From an uncultured Candidatus Binatia bacterium (GTDB taxonomy: Bacteria; Desulfobacterota; Binatia; Bin18), in the NCBI GenBank assembly GCA_965242605.1, contig CBDESS010000004.1:321157-385156 (forward strand): a DNA stretch of 64,000 bases, written 5' to 3'. This document shows, piece by piece, positions 1 to 10,079 of this stretch; within the stretch, counting starts at the first letter, position 1, and each line of letters opens with the position of its first letter. Under the pieces are notes generated by a model. The model had not been told where the DNA came from. It ran no database searches and worked only from the letters and a program-made list of their open reading frames with translations. The translations under genes were made by a program, and so were the position numbers.

Positions 1-756
1 ATGGTCAAGCTCAGCGTCAACGTCAATAAAATCGCCACCCTGCGGAACGCCCGGGGAGGCGACCGGCCGAATGTCGTCCGTGCCGCCCGGACGTGTATCG
101 AGGCCGGCTGTCACGGCATCACCGTTCATCCACGTCCAGACGGTCGCCATATTCGGTACCAGGATGTGTACGACTTGCGGGATATGCTGGCCGGACAGGC
201 GGTAGAGTTCAACATTGAAGGCTACCCGTCGCCCGAGCTGCTGCACTTGGTGGAAGAGGTGCGGCCGACCCAGTGTACCCTGGTGCCGGACGGTCCTGAT
301 GTCTTGACCTCGGATCAGGGCTGGAATCTACACGGCGATACGCAATGGCTGGGCGATATCCTGAAACGGCTGGGCGAGGCCGGCATTCGGACCAGCCTGT
401 TTCTTGATCCCGACCCCGTCCAAGTCCACCGAGCAAAAGACCTCGGTGCGGAGCGGATTGAGTTGTACACCGAACGCTACGCCCGTCTGTTCAACGGCCC
501 AGAACGAGAGAGCGTCTTCGTCCCATATCATCAGGCCGCCCTGACGGCCCGGGCGGTTGAGCTGGGGCTGAACGCCGGACACGACCTGAATCTGGATAAC
601 CTGCCCTATTTTACGCAGCATATGCCAGACCTGCTCGAAGTGTCGATTGGGCATGCTCTGATCTGTGACGCCTTGGACATAGGGCTACCTGCTGCGGTCT
701 GGGTCTATTTGCAGGTATTAGGATACCCACCCGGAGACACGGATGACAGATCATAA
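1..756 (+). CDS. pdxJ: Pyridoxine 5'-phosphate synthase
   Basis: N-terminal LSVNVNKIATLRNARG, ITVHPRPDGRHIR, NAGHDLNL and EVSIGHALI motifs typical of PdxJ. Confidence 0.95.
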   Translation: MVKLSVNVNKIATLRNARGGDRPNVVRAARTCIEAGCHGITVHPRPDGRHIRYQDVYDLRDMLAGQAVEFNIEGYPSPELLHLVEEVRPTQCTLVPDGPDVLTSDQGWNLHGDTQWLGDILKRLGEAGIRTSLFLDPDPVQVHRAKDLGAERIELYTERYARLFNGPERESVFVPYHQAALTARAVELGLNAGHDLNLDNLPYFTQHMPDLLEVSIGHALICDALDIGLPAAVWVYLQVLGYPPGDTDDRS

Positions 757-759
757 GTC

Positions 760-923
760 TCTTTTCGCTCGGGCACTTTCCCCAACGCAGCGACCACGCC
801 GATGGCCACTCCCATACATTGGGCCGAGACACCCAGCCGCAATTCCGGCTCTTTCAGGTCGCGGGTCAGGCAGGCTTCTCGCTCCTTCAGGTTGTGGTTC
901 ATAGTCAGTTTTTCGTCAGTCAA
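760..923 (-). pseudogene. Possible degenerate DUF1640/CCDC90-like coiled-coil remnant
   Basis: LTRDLKEPELRL...GVAIGVVAALGKV resembles the DLKELELRL...GVVAALVKL C-terminus of DUF1640 proteins; the ORF overlaps the pdxJ end; recognised by eye only. Confidence 0.3.
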
Positions 924-964
924 GGTCGCCCGTGACCGAAGCCGGGTGGCTGGATTTTCAGAGG

Positions 965-1414
965 CTATCCCCCGACCCCCGCTTTGGCGGCCAAGGAGGC
1001 GTAGCTGACCCCGTCGCCGTTGTCGGTGCTGACCGGCAGCCCGGCATCACGCCAGCCCACCACCACTTCCCCGGCCGGCGTCTGGCCGCCGCCGAACCCG
1101 CCCTGCATATTGGTTACATCGCTGTAGCCGGCCTGCTGCATGAGTTCCGCGGCGCGCTGTGAACGCACCCCGGCCTGACAGCCGACAATCACCACTGTCC
1201 CTTTGGCGACAGTGGTCTCAACAACCGCCTGAAAGCTCGGATTCGGCCTCGGCTGGCGGGTCGCCGGGTCAAAAAAGATGACCGGGATATTGAGTGCGCC
1301 ATGTGGATGTCCGGCGGTAAATTCGGCCTCGGTTCGCACGTCGAGATAGACGACCGACGGGTCCGCGCTCAGGGTCTGGTGGGCTTGGGGCGGGGTGGTC
1401 TGTTTCACCGGCAT
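965..1414 (-). CDS. Rhodanese-like domain protein
   Basis: YLDVRTEAEFTAGHPHGALNIP and active-site loop VGCQAGVRS. Confidence 0.9.
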   Translation of the reverse strand: MPVKQTTPPQAHQTLSADPSVVYLDVRTEAEFTAGHPHGALNIPVIFFDPATRQPRPNPSFQAVVETTVAKGTVVIVGCQAGVRSQRAAELMQQAGYSDVTNMQGGFGGGQTPAGEVVVGWRDAGLPVSTDNGDGVSYASLAAKAGVGG

Positions 1415-1542
1415 AGACGCCTCCTCTCTTTCGCTCAGGCCAGGAATTCTATATGGAGCAGAGCCAGACCATGTTCGGTGATCCTGTCCGCCCCGTCAAG
1501 CCGACACACGGCAGGAACACTGGTGCGCAAAAGGAGAACACA

Positions 1543-2334
1543 ATGGGAGACGCCGTACTGTTAGACCGCCAGGGCCGGGTGGCCACCATTACCCTCAACC
1601 GCCCCGAGCAGTTCAACGTGATGAATACCGAGCTGTCGGTTGGCCTGCGCCAGTCCCTCCAGGTCTGCGCCGATGATACGGAGGTCCGGGCGGTTATTCT
1701 GACCGGCCAGGGCCGGGCCTTTAGCGGTGGGGGAGATATCAAGTTTTTTGTCAGTGCACTGCAAACCCGGACGATCGGACCCAGCTTTGAAAAGATGATG
1801 CCGATCCTGCACGCGGCGATTGGTCTCGTACGTGAGATGCAAAAGCCGGTGATTGCCGCCCTGAACGGTGTGGCAGCCGGCGGGGGGCTGGGCTTGGCCC
1901 TGGCCTGCGATTTTCGGATTCTGTCGGCCAAGGCCAGTCTGGTGACCGCCTTTCTCGGCATTGGGGCCAGCCCGGACTCCAGCTCAACCTTCTTTCTGCC
2001 CCGCTTTGTCGGCATGGGCAAGGCCACAGAACTGTTTATGCGCAACACCCCGGTGTCGGCCCAGGAAGCGCTCGAGATGGGCTTGGCCAGTGCCGTCGTT
2101 CCGACCGAAAACGTCCTGGAAGAAGCCACCAGTCTGGCCGATGAACTCGTCCAAGGACCGACCGCGGCCTTTGGCCGGACTAAGCTGCTCTTAAACCAGA
2201 GTTTTGGCAGCTCTTTCCAAGAACAACTCCACAGCGAAGCGCGGGCCATCACCATCTCGGCCCAGTCACCCGATTTTGCCGAGGGGGTCACGGCTTTTGT
2301 GGAAAAACGCAAGCCACACTTCCAGGGAAAATAG
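1543..2334 (+). CDS. Enoyl-CoA hydratase/isomerase family protein (PaaG-like)
   Basis: ATITLNRPE, AFSGGGDI, NGVAAGGGLGLALACDFRI; AAGGAG RBS at 1531-1536 supports the ATG at 1543 rather than 1453. Confidence 0.9.
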   Translation: MGDAVLLDRQGRVATITLNRPEQFNVMNTELSVGLRQSLQVCADDTEVRAVILTGQGRAFSGGGDIKFFVSALQTRTIGPSFEKMMPILHAAIGLVREMQKPVIAALNGVAAGGGLGLALACDFRILSAKASLVTAFLGIGASPDSSSTFFLPRFVGMGKATELFMRNTPVSAQEALEMGLASAVVPTENVLEEATSLADELVQGPTAAFGRTKLLLNQSFGSSFQEQLHSEARAITISAQSPDFAEGVTAFVEKRKPHFQGK

Positions 2335-2342
2335 GTGCTGTC

Positions 2343-3320
2343 ATGAGAGCCATTCGCTGCGCAAAACCCGGTGGCCCGGAGGTTGTAGAGTTGACCGAGG
2401 TGGCCGATCCGATCCCAGGTCCAGTTCAACTCCTCGTTCGGGTCCGCGCCTCTGCCCTCAACCGCGCCGACACCATGCAACGCCGTGGTGCCTATCCACC
2501 GCCACCCGGTGAATCGGACATCCTGGGTCTGGAACTGGCCGGCGAGGTGGAGGCGGTCGGTTCCGCGGTCCATAACTTTGGGCCGGGTGACCGTGTCTTT
2601 GGCCTGGTGGGCAGCGGCGGCTATGCAGAGAAGGCCGTTATTGATGCGCGGATGGCTATACCCATCCCGGACGGCTGGAGCTTCCGTCAGGCCGCGGCAG
2701 TGCCCGAGGTCTATTTCACGGCCCAGGAAACGATCTTCACCCTTGGCGGTCTCAAAGCCGGTGAGACCATTCTGATCCATGCCGGGGCGAGCGGGGTCGG
2801 GACGGCCGGCATACAGATGGCGCGTGAAACCGGTGCCCGGATTCTGATTACCGCCGGGTCTGCGGATAAAATTCGGCGCTGTCTCGAACTCGGGGCTGAG
2901 GCCGGTTGCAACTACCACGAGCAAGACTTTGCCGGGTGGGTGCGCGAACAGACGCAAGGGCGAGGCGTAGACCTCATTGAAGACTTCATCGGCGCGGCCT
3001 ACTGGGACAGGAATCTGCGCAGCCTGAAGACCGGCGGGCGTCTGGTGTTGGTCGGGCTAATGGGCGGGGTGAAAGTCGAAACCAACCTCGGTCTGATTCT
3101 GAGCAAACGCCTCCAGGTCTTCGGCTCGGTGCTGCGCAGCCGCCCGCTTGAGGAGAAAATCGAGATTACCCGACGCTTCAGGCAGACTTGGTTGCCGCTG
3201 CTGACGGCGGGAAAAATCCGCCCGGTCATTGACACGGTTTTTCCGCTCGCCCAGGCCGCCGCGGCTCACCACTACATGGAAGACAACCGCAATTTCGGCA
3301 AAATTGTGCTGACGGTCTAA
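2343..3320 (+). CDS. NAD(P)H-quinone oxidoreductase (zeta-crystallin/PIG3 type)
   Basis: ALNRADTMQRRGAYPPPPG, GLELAGEV, IHAGASGVGTA, GKIVLTV end. Confidence 0.92.
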   Translation: MRAIRCAKPGGPEVVELTEVADPIPGPVQLLVRVRASALNRADTMQRRGAYPPPPGESDILGLELAGEVEAVGSAVHNFGPGDRVFGLVGSGGYAEKAVIDARMAIPIPDGWSFRQAAAVPEVYFTAQETIFTLGGLKAGETILIHAGASGVGTAGIQMARETGARILITAGSADKIRRCLELGAEAGCNYHEQDFAGWVREQTQGRGVDLIEDFIGAAYWDRNLRSLKTGGRLVLVGLMGGVKVETNLGLILSKRLQVFGSVLRSRPLEEKIEITRRFRQTWLPLLTAGKIRPVIDTVFPLAQAAAAHHYMEDNRNFGKIVLTV

Positions 3321-4000
3321 GGCTTCTGATCGTAGCGCCAGCCGCTTTTCAGCATCCACAGCCGGTGCCGCGCACCGGGTGCGTCAAGGTCCCCGGTCTC
3401 ATAGCCGGCGTCGCCCTGGTACAGGCAGCACGCCCCACCCGCTACTTTCTGGATGCGGGGGAAAAAGAACTCTGGCTCGCGCTCGGCTAAGCTGCTCAGG
3501 GCTTGATCGACCGTGTGGAAAACAGATAGTCTGGTGATTGAGACAAAGGTCGGGGGCGGCAGCTCGATCTCTCCGGCCTGCTGGGCGGCCAGGGCTTTTT
3601 GCGGCCGCATCCAGCTATGGGCGTGGATCTCGTCCCCGTCAACCGCGACTGTCCCCTGCCCTGCCGGAGCGACAAAGAACCAGGTGGAGAAGCGTTTGGG
3701 CCGGATGACCGGGGTCGTCCAGTGGGCAAAGAAGACCAGCTTCTCGGCCTCGATCGCCAAGTTGGCCTCTTCCCGGGCCTCACGCACGGCCGCGTTGCGG
3801 GCCGTGGCCACCATGTCGTCTTCAGCCCCGTCCACATGATCCACCGGGTCAATGTGCCCTCCGGGAAAGACCCAGGCTCCGCCGTGGAAGGCTAGCCGGG
3901 AGTTGCGGCGCAACAGCAGGGTTTCCAGACCGGCGGGTGTGTCGCGCAGCACAATGACGGTCGCCGACGGAGCGGGAGGAGCAAGAGCGGAGTCTGACAT
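3317..4000 (-). CDS. NUDIX hydrolase
   Basis: WVFPGG and Nudix box AAVREAREEANL; WTTP...RFSTWFF; start set at MSDSAL (4000). Confidence 0.88.
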   Translation of the reverse strand: MSDSALAPPAPSATVIVLRDTPAGLETLLLRRNSRLAFHGGAWVFPGGHIDPVDHVDGAEDDMVATARNAAVREAREEANLAIEAEKLVFFAHWTTPVIRPKRFSTWFFVAPAGQGTVAVDGDEIHAHSWMRPQKALAAQQAGEIELPPPTFVSITRLSVFHTVDQALSSLAEREPEFFFPRIQKVAGGACCLYQGDAGYETGDLDAPGARHRLWMLKSGWRYDQKP

Positions 4001-4089
4001 GGTTTCAATCCTCACCGGTCCGTTCAGGCCGGTGCCAGTCCTGAGCATAGCCCAGGACTCTGAAAACGGAACAGCCACGCCCTGCACGC

Positions 4090-5679
4090 TCAGGCGCGTT
4101 TGACGGCTAGAACACTGCCGTCGCCGTCCGCAGCAATATGGACGGTTCCGTCGCTGCCGGCGGCCAGATCGGAGAACGGCGTGAGCGGCCCCGGAACCAG
4201 TCCGGCAATACCCGCCAGCAGCTTGGGTGTGACACCCGGCGGAGCGCCGACCGGCAGATTGCTGGCCACGGTCTGGCGCTGCCTGCTTGACAGCGAGAAG
4301 GCAATGAGTTCTTTGCTGCCCGCATCAAGGACAAACAGCAGGTCTCCCGCCAGCGTCACCCCGTGCGGCTTTTGGAGCCCGTCAAGAACGGTTGAGGTTC
4401 CGCCGTTGATATGCACGACCTGACCCCGGGCACCGTCACTCACATAGCAGCTCCCGTCACGGGCCACCGCAACGCCCATCGGACGGCCCAGGCCACTCGC
4501 CGCGGTCGAGACCTCTCCGCCCGGCGTCACAGTCAGCACCCGACCAGACCCGCCCTCGGCCACAACTAGCGACCCGTCAGGGCTGACCGCCAAGCCGTAG
4601 AGTTCGTTCAGACCCTCGGCGATAACGCTGGTCTCGTGGGCGTCAAGGTCATACGACACCACATTGCCGGCCGAGATACTGGCATATACATTGTGGGACG
4701 GACCGACCGCTATGCCACGCAGAAACCCCGGAAAGCCCTCTTGAGGGAACTGGGCCGGGCGGCTCTGCTGGCCGTCGGCAGTCAGCGTAATCAGGCTCAT
4801 GCCATCGGCGGCGAACAGGGTTCCGTTGCCGACCGACAAACCAAACGGGCCGAGCATACCGGCGACGCTCAACACCCGCTCTGCGCCGTCGCTCGTGATT
4901 TCGGCCACCCCGCCGTCCACAAAATGAGAGATGAACAGTCGGTTGTCGTCATCAATGACAAAGTTATCGATCCCCGGCCGGACCTTGGCGACCTGTGTTT
5001 TGGTGCCACTCTGGATGTCGATCTTGGTAATCTCGCCGCTGCCGGCCTGGGTGGTGGTCAGCAGGCCGTTCTTGTCAAACTTGACCGCGGTCGGCACGGC
5101 CAAGCCAGCGACAAACTTCTCGGGCGTGCCGCCTTCAAGCGGGCAGCGCCAGATTTCGCCGGCGGCGATCTGGGGAAAATAGATTTTACCGTCCGGCCCG
5201 ACCATGAGCGCGTTGGGCAAGGGCAGATTGTCGGCCATCAGCCGGGGGGAGCGGCCGTCCGGGTACAACTCCCACAGGCGTCCGCCCGGACGACACTCGT
5301 CCATGAACAAACGGTCCTGGTAGGCGACGATGCCGTTGGCCGCCGGCACGTTATCGGCAATGACCTTGACCTCGCCGTTGGGCGTCCGCGCACTGACCCG
5401 GGCGTTCATCACCTCGGTCACATACATTGTGCCATGCGAGTCAAAGGCGATATCGTCCGGGGCGACAAGCTCTCCACCGACCGGCGAGATGGTTTCCCTG
5501 GCCCCGGTGGTCGGATCGAGCGCGCTGATCTGACTGCCAAAGGCTTGGACAACATAAATCCTGCCGTCCGGGCCAAACCGCATGCCGTTGGCACCAAACA
5601 GCTCACTTGATGGGGTCAAACGCGATACCTGCCAACCCTCAGCGGCTTGGGGACCGGCGGCTCCTGTATATCGACTCAT
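4090..5679 (-). CDS. Beta-propeller protein, SMP-30/gluconolactonase/NHL-repeat-like
   Basis: Repeated propeller blades (ANGMRFGPDGRIYV, PDDIAFDSHGTMYV, PNALMVGPDGKIYF, PMGVAVARDGSCYV); GGAGG RBS before ATG 5679. Confidence 0.75.
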   Translation of the reverse strand: MSRYTGAAGPQAAEGWQVSRLTPSSELFGANGMRFGPDGRIYVVQAFGSQISALDPTTGARETISPVGGELVAPDDIAFDSHGTMYVTEVMNARVSARTPNGEVKVIADNVPAANGIVAYQDRLFMDECRPGGRLWELYPDGRSPRLMADNLPLPNALMVGPDGKIYFPQIAAGEIWRCPLEGGTPEKFVAGLAVPTAVKFDKNGLLTTTQAGSGEITKIDIQSGTKTQVAKVRPGIDNFVIDDDNRLFISHFVDGGVAEITSDGAERVLSVAGMLGPFGLSVGNGTLFAADGMSLITLTADGQQSRPAQFPQEGFPGFLRGIAVGPSHNVYASISAGNVVSYDLDAHETSVIAEGLNELYGLAVSPDGSLVVAEGGSGRVLTVTPGGEVSTAASGLGRPMGVAVARDGSCYVSDGARGQVVHINGGTSTVLDGLQKPHGVTLAGDLLFVLDAGSKELIAFSLSSRQRQTVASNLPVGAPPGVTPKLLAGIAGLVPGPLTPFSDLAAGSDGTVHIAADGDGSVLAVKRA

Positions 5680-5741
5680 GGCTCTTCCTCCTTTGGTTGT
5701 GGTTATTAACGGCCTTTGATACCGGTCTTTCTGCGAGCCCG

Positions 5742-5951
5742 CTAGGCGGTGCAGGTCTCGTGGCTGTCTACCGCGGCAGGGCAGCCAACCATTGGGCATA
5801 ATCGCAGGCCGGCAGCATCAACTCCGGCAGTGGCACAATTCGGCTGAGCAAACCGACCCGATAGCCTTCCGGCGCTGCGTTTGTGGGGCCGGTTAATGAT
5901 GACCGTCGCAACACTGCTCCGCTTTTTGTAGCTCAAAGAGTCGTAGGCCAT
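5742..5951 (-). pseudogene. Truncated enoyl-CoA hydratase N-terminus
   Basis: GAGG RBS plus MAYDSLSYKKRSSVATVIINRPHKR matches a crotonase start; similarity is lost after about 26 aa. Confidence 0.5.
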
Positions 5952-6006
5952 TGTCCCGTTCCTCTTTCTGTACTGCTCAACTTGCCGCTCTCCACTGTCT
6001 GCAATG

Positions 6007-6849
6007 TTAAATCGCTAGATCAAACGGCAGATCACTGATATCACGCAGGCGTTTGCCAGATACCAACGTAGTGAGCAAATCGGAATCCGAGTCGTTACCT
6101 GTGGCAGCTTCAATCAATTCGTGCAACGCGAAATGGTAAACACCATCTATGTCTCCGGTGCCATACGCGAGTGAGGCAATTCGCCCCGGCAAAGGCTCCC
6201 CGATAACGACGACGATGTGTGGTGTTCTGCCCTTGCGGTTACGCACGAGGTTCAATCCTTCGGTGCGCGCGTTTTGCGAACGATCGCTCCGAATCGTCCA
6301 TTTGCAAGAAACACTAGCGTGCAAAATATCCCATCGTGAATTGACACGGCGCAACGGCGTGTGGGCGGCAATTTCCCTTTCCTCCAACAGGCTGTCGTTT
6401 ATATTGATCGTCTCGTCTTTGATCGGTTTACGACAAACAACTATATCGGGCGTAACCATATAGTCGCCAAAAACAACTCGTAATTCCGGATTCTGTTGAA
6501 CCGCTCGCAACACATCGGATAAATGCCGGTATTGTTCATAATTACGGATGCTTCCGCCGAGTGAAAATTCCCATTCGCCCGGACGTAAGTGCTGCAGCAG
6601 CTTGAACGCATCTTGCACAAAATCCCTAGTCGCTGCCTCGAACCGACGGCCCGCTGTTTGTCCGGCCAATCTTTCAGTTTTCACCGGAAATCCGAGGCGC
6701 TCTCTAATGCCTCTGCCAATTCTGACGCTGGCCGCGCTCCCGCTATCGGCGTTGTTCGGCACGCCGGATTGATTCTCGCGCAACACCTCGGCACAAATCC
6801 GGCGATGATATGCGGAGCGCAGTTTCTCAACCTCGCCCTGTTTTATCAT
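6007..6849 (-). CDS. NgoMIV-family type II restriction endonuclease
   Basis: TPDIVV...LHASVSCKWTIRSDRSQNARTEGLNL.RNRKGRTPHIVVV.GEPLPGRIASLAYGTGDID matches the NgoMIV-family catalytic and RSDR recognition segments. Confidence 0.88.
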   Translation of the reverse strand: MIKQGEVEKLRSAYHRRICAEVLRENQSGVPNNADSGSAASVRIGRGIRERLGFPVKTERLAGQTAGRRFEAATRDFVQDAFKLLQHLRPGEWEFSLGGSIRNYEQYRHLSDVLRAVQQNPELRVVFGDYMVTPDIVVCRKPIKDETININDSLLEEREIAAHTPLRRVNSRWDILHASVSCKWTIRSDRSQNARTEGLNLVRNRKGRTPHIVVVIGEPLPGRIASLAYGTGDIDGVYHFALHELIEAATGNDSDSDLLTTLVSGKRLRDISDLPFDLAI

Positions 6850-8141
6850 TTTATCAATCCGATCACATATTCTTCGTGCATCCGTTCCTCAATCTGCGAA
6901 TGTCGATCCCTGCCCCAGCGGGCCGGCATCATGCGTTTATCGCGGTCCAGCCGGCGAACGCCGATCCCGGCTAGCTCAAAGCCAACACTTTGACCGATGG
7001 CGGCAAGCCCTTTTTGCGTCTCAACATCTATACCACGCAGATTCGAGGTCCCAATAACAATCACCGCTGGCTTGCCTTTTTTCAAAACCCGCCACATTTC
7101 GCTGATCACAGCGGACATCTCACCAAAATAGCGGCGTAAGACCGCGGCTTTTCTGGCGTCACGCTTGGCCAGGGCAGCGAGTGTTCCTTCGCACTGCCAG
7201 GGCAGGGGATCAAATCGCACGCCGGCAACAGCCTCATGGCCCAGATATTGGGCCCGAATCCTGGCCAGGGTGTCAATGGTCCAGCCAAACCAGACCAGCG
7301 AGAATTTGTGCGCCCGCATGTAATCGATCGCGTTATTCGCATACGGCGGCGAGGTGACAATCAGATCAACGCGAGCCGGCGGCAAGCCGGTTTTATCGGC
7401 GCGAGCCGCTCGAATATCGGCGCTTCGCTCAAGGGCTGAATCGCCGGCAACAGAGGCAAGACTCGCTTTTAATCGCTTGGCAAATTCGACGAATGCCGAG
7501 TTCGGCTTTTTCCCGGCAATCCTGTGCGGACGTGTATGCGCCAAGTCGCGCGCCAGCGAAACGCCCCCAGACTTGGCAATGATGGTCGATGAAAAGACCA
7601 CCTTGAAGAACTGCTGCATCCCTTCCTGCCGCAACAGCACGATCTCCTTCAAAAGGGCGAGGAGTTCCAACTGGTGTTGGGGCAAAAACCAGTAATTGAC
7701 AAACGCGCGGGTTCTCTCGTCAAAGCGTTGGGATAATTCCTGCTCCAATTGGTCACGGCTGTGCCCCAAGGTACGCCGGGCGGCGTGGATGACGGCATAT
7801 CCGACCTCTAGGGTTTTGGCTGCATCAAGGGGTGCCAGCTTTGCCGCTGTCATCATCCGCGCCAAAGGATCAATGTCACAACCGACCGCCCGCCGTCCCA
7901 AGCGTGCCGCCTCCACCAGTGTCGTACCTGAGCCGCACATAGGATCAAAAACAGTATCGTTGCGATCCGAAAGGCGTTCAATAAAAAACTGTGGCAACTG
8001 AGGCGGGAACTTGGCGGGAAAAGGATGCCAGCTGTGCGTGGCATGGCTGCCTTTTGCGCCGTGAAAATCAAGGTCGGTACGCAAGGCTGCCCGCAAGAGA
8101 CCGAGACAACTTCCGTCACAAGGAGAGCCAGAGGTACGCAT
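6846..8141 (-). CDS. Amino (probably N4-cytosine) DNA methyltransferase
   Basis: PFPAKFPPQL, SAM motif FDPMCGSGTTLVEA precedes catalytic TSPPY; 4-bp overlap with the endonuclease gene. Confidence 0.88.
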   Translation of the reverse strand: MRTSGSPCDGSCLGLLRAALRTDLDFHGAKGSHATHSWHPFPAKFPPQLPQFFIERLSDRNDTVFDPMCGSGTTLVEAARLGRRAVGCDIDPLARMMTAAKLAPLDAAKTLEVGYAVIHAARRTLGHSRDQLEQELSQRFDERTRAFVNYWFLPQHQLELLALLKEIVLLRQEGMQQFFKVVFSSTIIAKSGGVSLARDLAHTRPHRIAGKKPNSAFVEFAKRLKASLASVAGDSALERSADIRAARADKTGLPPARVDLIVTSPPYANNAIDYMRAHKFSLVWFGWTIDTLARIRAQYLGHEAVAGVRFDPLPWQCEGTLAALAKRDARKAAVLRRYFGEMSAVISEMWRVLKKGKPAVIVIGTSNLRGIDVETQKGLAAIGQSVGFELAGIGVRRLDRDKRMMPARWGRDRHSQIEERMHEEYVIGLIK

Positions 8142-8202
8142 ATCTTCCTGGGAAATTGTGACAGTCTAAAGGAGTGCTCAGACTGGATTCCTCGCCTGTG
8201 CT

Positions 8203-9648
8203 CTATTGCAGGCGCGCCATACGGCGGGCGAAATCGCTGACTTTGGACCAGTCGTAGTCGCGGTACAATTGCATCTTCTCGGCCTCCATCGAGCCTTCGG
8301 CGTGCAGCGCAAGGACGGCTTGATAGCCACCAAAGTCGGACGCGGTGATGTCTTGAATCAGGTTAATGACCTGTAAGCGCTCTCGGCCTGAGGTACCCTT
8401 TTTCCCCTTGAGGTATTTCTCGAGCAGCGGTCCGGTCTCTTCGCTGTGCAGGTCTTCGACGGCCGGGGCCGTAACCAGGATACCGCCGGCAATGTCCTGG
8501 ACATGCGACAGGGCTTGGTGGAAGTTGGCCGCAAAATGGTGCTTGGCGATATTCACCGTTGCCGGGTCAGGAATAACCATATCGGCCTCGGTTGGCACGG
8601 CTTTCATGCACGCCATATGGGTCAGCGAGCGGGTCGTTTCGGCATAGCTGGCCAGCCAGAACAGCTTGTCTTTGATATGGGCCGCCTTTTCGACCCCATT
8701 GTACTCGGCCATCAGCCGGCCGGCACCGGCCAACAGGTCCAGAAACGGCAGCTTGTAGGAAATCGCGGTCAGCCGGTGGTACTCCACAAACGACAGGGCC
8801 AGCGGACCGGCAAATTGCCATTCACCCTTCAGAAAGATCCGCTCGTTGGGTACGAACACGTTATCAAACACTGTAAGGGTTTCGGTCATCTTGAGGCTCG
8901 AGCTGACCGGGTGGTCAAACGCGTTGCGCTCGGTGTAGGAGCCATAGCCGCTCATCAGCAGCTTGAGGCCCGGCGTGTTGAGCGGAATGGCAAAGGACAC
9001 CGCGTAGTCCTTATCTGCCTCGCCCATCGCTCGGGTCGGCAGGACGATCATTTCATTGGCGTGGGTTGTGTTGGAGGTATGGGTTTTTGCCCCGCGCACC
9101 ACAATGCCGTCGGGCCGCTCCTCAACAATGTGCAGGTACAGGTCGGGGTCTTCCTGCTCCGAGGGACGCAGCGAGCGGTCGCCCTTCACATCGGTCTGGG
9201 CCAGGGCAAAGCTCAGGTCATTGCGCCAGCACGCCTCATAAAAGGCTTTGACGTTCTCCGCGTAGCTCGTGCCCAGGGCCGCATCAACCTTGTGACAGGT
9301 CCGTGTCAGGCCAAACAGGGCATCGCTGCCAACCACCTTGGCCAGTACCACCAGCGTGCCGCCCTCGCGGCAGGCCGTTTCAATCAGCTCGCTGCGCTTG
9401 AGCAGTTCTTTGGCGTTAGTGGGCGGTAGAAAATACCGACTCATCTCCTCACCGCCGCTCGGGTGGTGCACAACGGCCAAGTCGCGGAACTCCGGGGCGT
9501 GCATCAAGCGATAGTCGGTGGCCTCGTGATCAATCGCCTTGCAAATCAGCGGATGTTCGGTCGCACTGGTCAGCCGCTGGCCACGCAGGTATACGACGCG
9601 GTCGTCTTTGAGGCTATCTTTATACTGCTCAACCGTCCGAATAGGCAT
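8203..9648 (-). CDS. 4-hydroxyphenylacetate 3-hydroxylase (HpaB/AbfD) family flavoprotein
   Basis: AQTDVKGDRSLRP, GIVVRGAKTHTS, DYAVSFAIP...GLKL, LTVFDNVFVPNERIF. Confidence 0.85.
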   Translation of the reverse strand: MPIRTVEQYKDSLKDDRVVYLRGQRLTSATEHPLICKAIDHEATDYRLMHAPEFRDLAVVHHPSGGEEMSRYFLPPTNAKELLKRSELIETACREGGTLVVLAKVVGSDALFGLTRTCHKVDAALGTSYAENVKAFYEACWRNDLSFALAQTDVKGDRSLRPSEQEDPDLYLHIVEERPDGIVVRGAKTHTSNTTHANEMIVLPTRAMGEADKDYAVSFAIPLNTPGLKLLMSGYGSYTERNAFDHPVSSSLKMTETLTVFDNVFVPNERIFLKGEWQFAGPLALSFVEYHRLTAISYKLPFLDLLAGAGRLMAEYNGVEKAAHIKDKLFWLASYAETTRSLTHMACMKAVPTEADMVIPDPATVNIAKHHFAANFHQALSHVQDIAGGILVTAPAVEDLHSEETGPLLEKYLKGKKGTSGRERLQVINLIQDITASDFGGYQAVLALHAEGSMEAEKMQLYRDYDWSKVSDFARRMARLQ

Positions 9649-9710
9649 GAGCTTCCTCCTTTCTCGTCAGCCGTCTTTACGTTTCAGGGCTCCCGTTTTA
9701 GGCTTCTGCC

Positions 9711-10079
9711 ATGCACCCGAAACTGCAAGAGGCCGTGCGCCTGTTCAACCGGCGCGACTATTTCAGTTGTCATCAGGTCTTGGAAGAGGTGTGGCCTGAG
9801 GTCGCGCCAGAAGACCACGCCTTTTACGAAGCCCTGGTCCGTTTTGCCACCGGCCTCCACCTGCGCTTCCACCGTGGAGCCTCACAGGGCACGGTTAATC
9901 TCTTGACCCAGGGGCTCATGCGTCTTGAGCACTATCGTCCCAGCCACCACGGTATAGACGTAGCCCGGCTCTACGCCGATATGGACCAACACGCTGCCCA
10001 CCTCAAAACCACGGCCAAGGACACGCCCGGTTTGCTGGAGCGTTGGCGCGTGCCCCGCATCTACTGCACAGACGAATGA
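9711..10079 (+). CDS. DUF309 family protein
   Basis: LFNRRDYFSCHQVLEEVW...YEALVRFATGLH...GTVNLL pattern. Confidence 0.8.
   Translation: MHPKLQEAVRLFNRRDYFSCHQVLEEVWPEVAPEDHAFYEALVRFATGLHLRFHRGASQGTVNLLTQGLMRLEHYRPSHHGIDVARLYADMDQHAAHLKTTAKDTPGLLERWRVPRIYCTDE

Noticed and set aside
8203-9648. 4-hydroxybutyryl-CoA dehydratase (abfD)
   Set aside because: The [4Fe-4S] cysteine ligands are not visible
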